Below the pieces are notes generated by a model. The model saw only the letters and a list, made by a program, of their open reading frames with translations, did no database searches and was not told the origin of the DNA. From Candidatus Bathyarchaeia archaeon (GTDB lineage: Archaea; Thermoproteota; Bathyarchaeia; TCS64), in NCBI GenBank assembly GCA_036396185.1, contig DASWLJ010000172.1, forward strand, positions 1 through 33,697: a stretch of DNA of 33,697 bases, given 5' to 3'. Below, in pieces: positions 1 to 7,143 of this stretch. Numbering within the stretch: the stretch's first letter is position 1; each line of letters begins with the position of its first letter. The position numbers and the translations under genes were made by a program.

Positions 1-332
1 TCCACGAATATCTGCTGCAGATTGGCGTCAGACTGGTTGGACGCGTCAGGATGCTTCTGGAACAGAAACGAGTACGTCTCCCTGAGGCTCTTTGCCATCA
101 CACTGGTCGTCTTCGACTTGTTCTGGAAGGCCGCCCAGCTCTGGTTGGGTTTCCTGTCGGCGTCCACGAATTTGAGCAGCTCCAGTATTTCGAGGAACTG
201 GGCGTCCTGCCTGTCCTTGAAGCTATTGGCCTTCAGCCAGTCAACGGACGCTTCCCCGGTCGGTATGGGCTTGTCTCTCACTAACTCTATGAATTTTTTG
301 AGCCTGTCCGTGTTGTCTACGTTGTATCTCAT
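1..332 (-). CDS. DUF5343-like protein, N-terminal part (gene continues beyond the left edge)
   Basis: Absent from the ORF track because it leaves the window. The reverse complement from CAT at 330-332 reads MRYNVDNTDRLKKFIELVRDKPIPTGEASVDWLKANSFKDRQDAQFLEILELLKFVDADRKPNQSWAAFQNKSKTTSVMAKSLRETYSFLFQKHPDASNQSDANLQQIFV with no stop down to position 1. The pattern matches DUF5343 N-termini as I remember them. The + strand ORFs 22..360 and 51..284 are its shadows. Confidence 0.5.
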   Translation of the reverse strand, partial: MRYNVDNTDRLKKFIELVRDKPIPTGEASVDWLKANSFKDRQDAQFLEILELLKFVDADRKPNQSWAAFQNKSKTTSVMAKSLRETYSFLFQKHPDASNQSDANLQQIFV

Positions 333-837
333 ACCTTACCTACCTTGTGGTTTAACTTAAACTTATACGGGCTACCTGATGATGTCAAGTGCTTCGAGGA
401 GCGACTTAGCGTTGGAGCCGTTCCCTGATGGAGACGGCTCTTGATCCCTTTTTTCTCGTCTAGGGCTGGCCAATTCCACGCTTGGGCCCTAAAAAAGTGT
501 ACACTCGACGTAGGGTTTATGAATGCAGCTGAAGCCTCGTGTTCATTTCTTCTTGTGGTATCCGGCGGGAAGAGAAACGTTTTTCCTCATCTTGATCTGC
601 TGTTTCTTTTCTCTCTGCTGTTGCATGTGTTTCTTTAAGCCGTCTTTCTTTTCTTGCTTGCTCTGTGGCACGCCTAAAACCTCGTGACACACTGTGGAGG
701 CGCTGTAGGATTAAAAGGTTCTGCATGTAAGCCGAAGTTGAGGCTTCGCGTCTTAGGCCCCGCTTGCGGCTTGCATCAACAACTTGCGTACAGCGCCGAA
801 AGCTTCTTCACTGCCAGCAATATTACCATGGGATACC

Positions 838-2007
838 ATGGCTGAGAAAGACAAGTTTAGGGACTCGGGGTTCATCCTCGTGGTGGTTTCCCACGCCTTA
901 AACCACGCCTATGAGGCTCTCATGCCTGTGCTGTATCCTCTGCTCATCGCCGAGTTTGGCCTCCAGTACAGCGCCGTGGGACTCCTAGTCATGTCCTACA
1001 GGCTGACCAGCGGCGCCTTCCAGCTGGTGATGGGCTTCATGGGCAGGTTCTACCGGAGAAAGGTTCTTCTCGGAGTGGGGATGATGTGGCAGGCGGTTAC
1101 AAACGTCTTCCTAGGCTTCTCACCCGGCTTCACCCAGATGCTGGCCGCCCGGTCACTGGCAGGGGTCGGGTCAAGCCCCCAGCACCCCACAGGCTCCGCC
1201 TACATCGCGGAGGCCTTCGACTCCAAGCAACTAGGGAGGGCCCTGGGCATCAACATCGGCGCCGCCAGTCTGGGGCGGCTCATGGCGCCGCTGGCGGCGA
1301 GTCTGCTGATTCCTGTGATCGGGTGGAGATCGACACTGCTCGCCTTCTCCGGTTTGGGCTTGGTCGTGGGAGCCGGGTTCCTGCTCATAAAGGAGCCTAG
1401 GAGGCCGGGGAGCTGGTCAGGGGCCTCCAGCATCAGAGAACTTGGGAAGGGGATACGAGACATCTTTCGGATCAGAGTTGTGGTGATCGTAATGGTTGTG
1501 GAGACGGTTATGGCCTTCAAGGTGGGGATAAGTGACTTCCTGCCCACGTACTTCACCGAGGCTCTGGGCATGTCCTCTGTCTCGTCGGGGCTGTTGTTCA
1601 CAGGGTTCCTGGTCGCGGGGCTCCCGGCCCCCTACTTCTGGGGGCTCATGTCGGACCGGCTTGAGCGGAGGGTGGTGGTCATGGCGGCCATGGGGGCCGC
1701 GGCTGCTCTATGGTTTCTCCTGCCCCTGGTTAGCGGCTCTGTGCTGCTGCTACCCCTGCTCCTGGTACTGGGCTTCGTCGGTCAGGGGGTGGGCGGCGTC
1801 ATCCAGGCCTTCGTGGCGGAGGCGACGGAGCCGGAGAACCGGGACATAATCTTCGGCGTCTACTTCACCCTGGCCTTCACCATCGGTTCCATTTCGCCTG
1901 TCATCTTCGGGGTTCTCGCGGACGCCTACGGTTTCCAGGCGGCCTTCCTATACGTCTCGACCGTCTCCATCCTGGCGGTAGCTGCCTCCTACTATCTGAA
2001 AGAATGA
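838..2007 (+). CDS. MFS transporter
   Basis: ORF 784..2007. About 12 hydrophobic segments and a typical MFS loop (GRFYRRKVLL). The first in-frame ATG is at 838 (MAEKDKF...), and 784 is a TTG, so the start is uncertain. Confidence 0.8.
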   Translation: MAEKDKFRDSGFILVVVSHALNHAYEALMPVLYPLLIAEFGLQYSAVGLLVMSYRLTSGAFQLVMGFMGRFYRRKVLLGVGMMWQAVTNVFLGFSPGFTQMLAARSLAGVGSSPQHPTGSAYIAEAFDSKQLGRALGINIGAASLGRLMAPLAASLLIPVIGWRSTLLAFSGLGLVVGAGFLLIKEPRRPGSWSGASSIRELGKGIRDIFRIRVVVIVMVVETVMAFKVGISDFLPTYFTEALGMSSVSSGLLFTGFLVAGLPAPYFWGLMSDRLERRVVVMAAMGAAAALWFLLPLVSGSVLLLPLLLVLGFVGQGVGGVIQAFVAEATEPENRDIIFGVYFTLAFTIGSISPVIFGVLADAYGFQAAFLYVSTVSILAVAASYYLKE

Positions 2008-2016
2008 GACGAGTCT

Positions 2017-2724
2017 ATGGCAGAGGTCACGGTTTTTACGGACAAAAGGCTTCGGAAAACCTTTTGTCCTTTGATGAAAAACGATCACAGGCTAATGGGT
2101 GACTCAATCAGGGACAAATTATTGGCTTCGCTCCCAGTAAGTGGTGACAACCTGAAAATAAGGCTGTGCGAGCGCGGCGACTACGATGCACTTGCAGGGT
2201 GGCCCCCTTACCTCTGGCCGTACGATGGGTTTACCCTCCGCTTCGCCTCGATGAGTAGAATGGAGCTTGATCAGCTTCACGAGGACAGGTTAGGAGAAGA
2301 AGACAGAGTAACCTTGGTAGCTGACTCCGGACCCGACCTTGTGGTCGGGTACGTCGCCCTGGTGCAGATTGACTGGGAGAGAGGAGTAGCTGAAAACATG
2401 GCGATACGCCTTCACCCCGACCACTGCGACAGAGGCATCGGGACCAGGATGCTGGAGCAGGTCCGGGACTGGTGGTTTCGCTGCGGCATGAAAGGGCTGC
2501 GGCTGGATGTCGCCGCCACGAACCACAGGGCCGTACGCAGCTACCTGAATGCCGGTTTTATTGTTGCCGGGGAGTTCTGGAGGGAGGCGCCGGACCTCGA
2601 GAACGTGGATATGGGGGATTCGCGTTACGATTTTCTAAGAGGCCACACCCGTTTCGGGGGCAAGGTCCCGGAAACCCGTTTCTACTGGATGGAAATTATG
2701 CAGCGACGCCTTGATAATACATAA
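2017..2724 (+). CDS. GNAT family N-acetyltransferase
   Basis: Acetyl-CoA binding core (RLHPDHCDRGIGTRMLEQV ... ATNHRAVRSYLNAGFIVAGEF). It lies 9 nt after the MFS stop, so it is probably co-transcribed. Confidence 0.75.
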   Translation: MAEVTVFTDKRLRKTFCPLMKNDHRLMGDSIRDKLLASLPVSGDNLKIRLCERGDYDALAGWPPYLWPYDGFTLRFASMSRMELDQLHEDRLGEEDRVTLVADSGPDLVVGYVALVQIDWERGVAENMAIRLHPDHCDRGIGTRMLEQVRDWWFRCGMKGLRLDVAATNHRAVRSYLNAGFIVAGEFWREAPDLENVDMGDSRYDFLRGHTRFGGKVPETRFYWMEIMQRRLDNT

Positions 2725-2782
2725 GGTATCTCCAGTTAAGATGATCCCGGTCACTGGACAGCCGAGTTGTAGGTTAGAACGT

Positions 2783-2807
2783 GGCGGGCTCGGTGGGATT
2801 CAAACCC
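2783..2807 (-). repeat. Relic copy of the 3' end of tRNA-Arg (T-stem, T-loop, acceptor 3' strand, discriminator, CC)
   Basis: ggcgggctcggtgggattcAaaccc matches 13191-13215 (ggcgggctcggtgggattcGaaccc) at 24/25 positions in the same orientation. The mismatch changes the conserved T-loop C56. No D-arm or anticodon arm follows. It sits in a convergent intergenic spacer. Confidence 0.75.
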
Positions 2808-2900
2808 TAAATGGAGACATCTCCTGAATCGCTTTCCTTTTTCCTAAAATTCGTTTAAGAAACTAAAGGTTAGTAGAAAGAAAATAAAGAAGGTTTGATT

Positions 2901-3629
2901 TTATTCGGGAGTTACTTTTTTCAGTAGATCTGGGTACCGTTTGTGAAGCAGGTATGTTGACACGATCATTATCAGCACTATTGTCACGGTTACGAAGAAG
3001 TCAGGGAAGTAGGGGGTAAGATAATTCTCCAGGTGGCCGAGGAGTAGCCCCAGCCTGCCCATGTAGGTCTGGGAGAACAGGACGCCGAAGGCTAGGTACA
3101 GTATGTACTTGCCCACGGAGTTCGCGCTCTTTAGGGGCCCCTTCATCTCCATTGTGTAGAAGTAGTAAGTGAAGACTAACAGGACACACAGTATTACCGT
3201 AAGGTTGTAGATGAGGGCCCATATGTCCGTGGCGCTGAACACCGGGAGTATGGTGGCCCTGATCTGGTTGATGATGCCGCTGAACAGGGTGGCTCGTGTG
3301 CCTACTGCTATGCCTGCGCCTGTGGCTATGGTGATGGGGATCCTTGCGATGTGCACGGTATCCTTGTGGATCCTCAGGAGCATCATGAGGCCCAGTGCTA
3401 TGGAGATGAACGTAGGCCAGTTCTTCCCGGGGTCCGTCATGATCCTCGGGACGATGGTCCTGAAGATGTAGTCCGTGGAGACCACCACGGAGAGGCCTAT
3501 AGCGCAGCCTACGAAGGCGTGCTCGGCGAAGGCGAACCAGGGGTTGTCCACGCCGGACAGTATCATGTACAGGCCGAAGGTCGTCAGCGTGCTGAGGATG
3601 AGCACGGCCCAGGTGTAAATGTCAGCCAT
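2901..3629 (-). CDS. Polytopic membrane protein (about 7 TM), 4th gene of the four-gene membrane operon
   Basis: ORF 2901..3629, 242 aa, hydrophobic throughout. Its ATG directly abuts the upstream stop (TAGATG at 3627-3632). I recognise no family motif. Confidence 0.7.
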   Translation of the reverse strand: MADIYTWAVLILSTLTTFGLYMILSGVDNPWFAFAEHAFVGCAIGLSVVVSTDYIFRTIVPRIMTDPGKNWPTFISIALGLMMLLRIHKDTVHIARIPITIATGAGIAVGTRATLFSGIINQIRATILPVFSATDIWALIYNLTVILCVLLVFTYYFYTMEMKGPLKSANSVGKYILYLAFGVLFSQTYMGRLGLLLGHLENYLTPYFPDFFVTVTIVLIMIVSTYLLHKRYPDLLKKVTPE

Positions 3630-4502
3630 CTACTTGACCTCCTTGAGGTTTCTCGTGTACCCGTAGTACCCTATGTTGCCAAGGATCATGAGGAATATGA
3701 GGAAGAACTGTATAATGCTGAAAGCGTCCATCTGCGTCAGCGCGAAGCCGGGGTAGTCCGCGAGGAACTGGTACTCCGCGGCCCCGCGTATGCTGGGTAC
3801 GATGGCGGCGTAGTTGCCCGCGTTGTACTCTACCTTGGCTCCCGCGACCATGACGCCGATCATGGATTGCATCACCGGGGTGCCGTACTCCAGGTAGAAG
3901 TACCTCATGAAGTCGCCTGCGCCGTCGTCGGAGTCGAAGCTCAGCACTAGGTCCACGTCCCTTGCCTCCATGATCCCGTTAGAGTTCAGGAACTGCGTGA
4001 CGTCAACCCCGTACCAGTCGTTGTTTCCAAGGGAGCCCCTCAAGTCGGCTGAGAGGGCCGCGACCCATTTGAACAACCCGGGGTAGTAGCCCATGTTTAT
4101 GTAGTCGACGCCGTACTTCTTTCCCCGTATATCGAAGTAGGGGTAGTCGCTGTACCCCGCCATCAGCTCTCCGTTGTTGGCAATGATCTCCTCCAGCATT
4201 ATAGGGGCCTGGTCGGCTGTCGCTGTGAATATCACCTTGACCCCCGGCTTCTCGAATATGTGGGCGATCATTGAGTTGCACGCCCCCTTCAGCTCGTTGT
4301 AGCCTGATGCTGTGATGCAGAAGTTTATTATCACGATGTCTCCGGGCTCAAGGCTGTCAATCATGTTGTAGGCTGCCCTCACCTCGGGGCTCACCTTCAG
4401 CGGAAGCCCGATGGGGAACAGCAGCATGATCGCCGTTATTATGAAGACTGCGCTGTAGTAGATCCTCCGGTCGATGGTCGCTATAGCCTTAATTACAGAC
4501 AT
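3630..4502 (-). CDS. Bitopic membrane protein (N-terminal TM, ~230 aa central domain, C-terminal TM), paralog of 5178..5969
   Basis: ORF 3630..4511 begins with GTG at 4511. I prefer the ATG at 4502 (MSVIKAIA...) because GGAGG lies about 10 nt upstream of it. The stop of the upstream gene is at 4508-4510. Confidence 0.7.
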   Translation of the reverse strand: MSVIKAIATIDRRIYYSAVFIITAIMLLFPIGLPLKVSPEVRAAYNMIDSLEPGDIVIINFCITASGYNELKGACNSMIAHIFEKPGVKVIFTATADQAPIMLEEIIANNGELMAGYSDYPYFDIRGKKYGVDYINMGYYPGLFKWVAALSADLRGSLGNNDWYGVDVTQFLNSNGIMEARDVDLVLSFDSDDGAGDFMRYFYLEYGTPVMQSMIGVMVAGAKVEYNAGNYAAIVPSIRGAAEYQFLADYPGFALTQMDAFSIIQFFLIFLMILGNIGYYGYTRNLKEVK

Positions 4503-4507
4503 GCTTT

Positions 4508-5164
4508 TCACTCCTCCCTCTTGACCACTCTCTCTACGAGCCCCACGAGGGCCAGCTCCTGACCCATCATGAGGCGGATCGCCAGCACTACTGCGCCGAC
4601 GGCAAGGCTCACGCTGAACACCCTGGTCGCGGCCATGGCGACGTAGTTCTCAAGGTACGTCGACACTGGCACGGCCCAGGGGATCAGCAGCTCGCCCAGG
4701 GGGGCCTGCTTGAGTAGCACGAACAGCGCGCCCACTGTGAGCAGGCCGGACTCGAAGCTGTTAACCCTGAAGGCGCGGGCACCAGCCGAGGTCAGGTAGA
4801 ACACAAGTATGGCGTATATGGTGGAGTCGCCGGGCAGGACGAATGCGTACTGCAGGAACTCGAATATCACGTGCGTCTTTCCCAGTCCCAATCCCACGAT
4901 GACCATGGTCCATGAGAGGACGAGTATGAGGACCCCATAGAACCACCCTCTTCGCTTCCTCTGTATCCTCACGACCTCCCTGCGCGTGGATGTTATGAAG
5001 CCGACCCAAACGGCGAAGGCCCCGATGACCACGGACGAGTCGATGAGCCACGTCTCCAGGTTGGTGACCGCCTGGGGCACCTGGAAGAAGTAAGGCACGT
5101 AGATGATCAACGAGACGATGATCAGTAGAGCCACGTAGAACTCCTTTCTCTTAAGGAACGACAT
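4508..5164 (-). CDS. Polytopic membrane protein (about 6 TM), 2nd gene of the operon
   Basis: ORF 4508..5164, 218 aa. GAGGTGA (SD-like) lies 8-9 nt upstream of the ATG, inside the 13-nt gap after the upstream stop. Confidence 0.7.
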   Translation of the reverse strand: MSFLKRKEFYVALLIIVSLIIYVPYFFQVPQAVTNLETWLIDSSVVIGAFAVWVGFITSTRREVVRIQRKRRGWFYGVLILVLSWTMVIVGLGLGKTHVIFEFLQYAFVLPGDSTIYAILVFYLTSAGARAFRVNSFESGLLTVGALFVLLKQAPLGELLIPWAVPVSTYLENYVAMAATRVFSVSLAVGAVVLAIRLMMGQELALVGLVERVVKREE

Positions 5165-5177
5165 TCTTCATTTCACC

Positions 5178-5969
5178 TCAACTACTCAGGAAAACCTTCA
5201 CTACGTCGCTGCCGAGGGCGAGCGCCGCTGTGCCAATCACCATTATACCGATGAGCACTATTTTGACTAGGTCCTGCGTCCTGATGGTGGCCAGCTGGCC
5301 AGGGTCCTTGGATAGGTAGGCCCCGGCGGCCAACATCTCCTCCCCTATCATGACGTAGTCGGAGGACGCCGCGAGGCATGCTACGTTGGACAGGTAGTCG
5401 GCTCCGCTTATCACCATGGCGCCCACCTCGTGGCCCACCTCCGATATGTAGACGGCGGAGGCGTACTGGACGCCCACCATGATGTTCGTCGCCGGCTTCT
5501 CGCGCAGCATCATGCCGCAATAGGCCGAGGCCCACGCGAACTGCCTGCCGCTCAGGAAGGGCATGTCGTCGATGTTAAAGGACTCGGGCTTCCCCTCGAG
5601 CTTGTACTGGGTCTCAACCAGGTCCCTGGCGAGCTCCATCGTGGTGTAGCTCTCCTCGGAGCCGCCCATTGGAGCCATGAGGCGTAGATCGTTTCGGGCG
5701 CACAGCCTGGCCGTGTATGTCAACATACTCAACCCGGCAACTGTAGAGGCATTGATCCCGGATGCAGCCATCCCGCAGGAGGCTATCACCGGTTTACCGA
5801 GCTCTGTTGCTCTTCCTATGCCCTCTTCAATTGCGTCGATTGCTGGTACGCGGCGTATGTAGATCAACTTCTTGGTTCTCAGGTAGTACAATGTCATCAC
5901 TAGCGTGAACGCGAACAGCAGCAGTCCCGATAGTCTTCCTACAACTATTGGATAGATGCTAAATACCAT
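5178..5969 (-). CDS. Bitopic membrane protein (N-terminal TM, ~200 aa central domain, C-terminal TM), 1st gene of the operon
   Basis: ORF 5178..5969, 263 aa. N-terminal (IYPIVVGRLSGLLLFAFTLVMTLYYL) and C-terminal (LVKIVLIGIMVIGTAALALG) hydrophobic helices flank an alpha/beta-looking domain. Confidence 0.7.
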   Translation of the reverse strand: MVFSIYPIVVGRLSGLLLFAFTLVMTLYYLRTKKLIYIRRVPAIDAIEEGIGRATELGKPVIASCGMAASGINASTVAGLSMLTYTARLCARNDLRLMAPMGGSEESYTTMELARDLVETQYKLEGKPESFNIDDMPFLSGRQFAWASAYCGMMLREKPATNIMVGVQYASAVYISEVGHEVGAMVISGADYLSNVACLAASSDYVMIGEEMLAAGAYLSKDPGQLATIRTQDLVKIVLIGIMVIGTAALALGSDVVKVFLSS

Positions 5970-5995
5970 TGTTTATCCAGTTGTTTATTTACTAG

Positions 5996-6010
5996 TATTT
6001 ATTATAAATA
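5996..6010 (-). promoter_or_regulatory. TATA-like box for the four-gene membrane operon
   Basis: The minus strand reads TATTTATAATAAATA, centred about 33 nt upstream of the ATG at 5969, inside a 225-bp AT-rich spacer. Confidence 0.35.
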
Positions 6011-6074
6011 ATTTCTGTCGATTCGAACCAAATAGAAAAAAAGGGGACTCACAGAACAACAACAATTAACATTT

Positions 6075-6098
6075 AAAAAAAATAGATAGGCGAAAAAA
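6075..6098 (-). terminator. Oligo-T tracts downstream of pcm
   Basis: On the minus strand there is a T8 tract (6075-6082) and a T6 tract (6093-6098) 100-120 nt after the pcm stop. Archaeal termination typically uses oligo-T. Confidence 0.3.
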
Positions 6099-6194
6099 TT
6101 ACTAAAAACATCAAAGTAGCAAAAGTAAACGACACCTGATTGTCATATATAATAATTATTTATGGTTTGGCCGTAGACCGTCATCATGCTTATG

Positions 6195-6998
6195 CTATCC
6201 CCCGGATCTCGTCGCCTCGCCGACCATGGGTACAAAATTTGCCTTAACCATGTAATTCACGATGACCTCGTCGCCCCGCTTCTCTATCAGGGTGAGCACC
6301 TGGTAGTACTCTGTGCTCCCCAGGGGCAACACCATGCGGCCACCGTCCCTTAGCTGCTGCAGCAGGTAGGGGGGGACGTGGTTCACGGCGCATGTGATGA
6401 TTATAGCGTCGTAGGGCGCGTGCTCCTTCCACCCGAAGTACCCGTCGGCCCAGCTCACCTCCACGTTGTCGTACCCGAGCAGCTCCAGCCGCTTCTCGGC
6501 TCCGACGGCCAGTATCTCCCTGATCTCGACCGTGTACACCTCCTCGCTGAGCTCCGATAGCACAGCGGCCTGGTAACCCGAGCCTGTACCGATCTCGAGC
6601 ACGCGCTCGGAGCCCGTCAGGCGCAGCGACTGGGTCATCAACGCGACCACGTAGGGCGACGATATGCTCTGGCCCTCGGCTATGGGCAGCCCGTGGTCGC
6701 TGTACGCCTCCTTCTCCAGCAGGTCGTACGGGAGCGGATAATCGATGACGGGGTTCTGCTCCCCCACGTTCGCGTCGATGAGCCAGGGGCACAGGAACAG
6801 GTGCCTGGGCACCCTCCCCATGACCTCTAAGACTCTTGTGTCCGTGATGTTCTTCCTCTCGGAGAGGTACTTCACCATCTCGGCCCTGGATTCATCGAAC
6901 TTGTCGTCGCCACCCTGGTTCGCGCGGTAGTACCCGAATGCGACTAGGAAAAGCAGAAGGAGTGAGCCTAGGATTATCCTATTCTTGTTTGAGAGCAA
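6195..6998 (-). CDS. pcm: Protein-L-isoaspartate O-methyltransferase with N-terminal membrane anchor
   Basis: SAM motif I VLEIGTGSGYQAAVLSEL, GLPIAEGQSISSPYVVALM and C-terminal LRDGGRMVLPLG. The N-terminus IILGSLLLLFLVAFGYY is a hydrophobic anchor. Confidence 0.8.
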   Translation of the reverse strand: MLSNKNRIILGSLLLLFLVAFGYYRANQGGDDKFDESRAEMVKYLSERKNITDTRVLEVMGRVPRHLFLCPWLIDANVGEQNPVIDYPLPYDLLEKEAYSDHGLPIAEGQSISSPYVVALMTQSLRLTGSERVLEIGTGSGYQAAVLSELSEEVYTVEIREILAVGAEKRLELLGYDNVEVSWADGYFGWKEHAPYDAIIITCAVNHVPPYLLQQLRDGGRMVLPLGSTEYYQVLTLIEKRGDEVIVNYMVKANFVPMVGEATRSGG

Positions 6999-7143
6999 GG
7001 CACCGTATCATGTATCCAAGTAAAATCTTATGAACATTTCTAACACACATTTCTTACTTCGAGTCTCCGTCTAAACAGTCTTTCATAGGAAGAAGCGTGC
7101 GGATTCATGGAAACTATTTTTTCCCGAGACCCGATCACTAGCC

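Noticed and set aside
517-726. 69-aa charged ORF as a confident gene.
   Set aside because: It has no motif, atypical A-ending codon usage, and overlaps a homopurine tract that alone can generate a K/E/R-rich reading frame. I kept it only as a remark in the left-edge finding.
2783-2807. Possibility that the tRNA-Arg fragment is a functional 3' half of a split or trans-spliced tRNA.
   Set aside because: Known split archaeal tRNAs are divided around the anticodon arm, not inside the T-stem. The fragment has a T-loop C56-to-T change and only 3 pairable T-stem bases. I see no leader complementary to a partner half.
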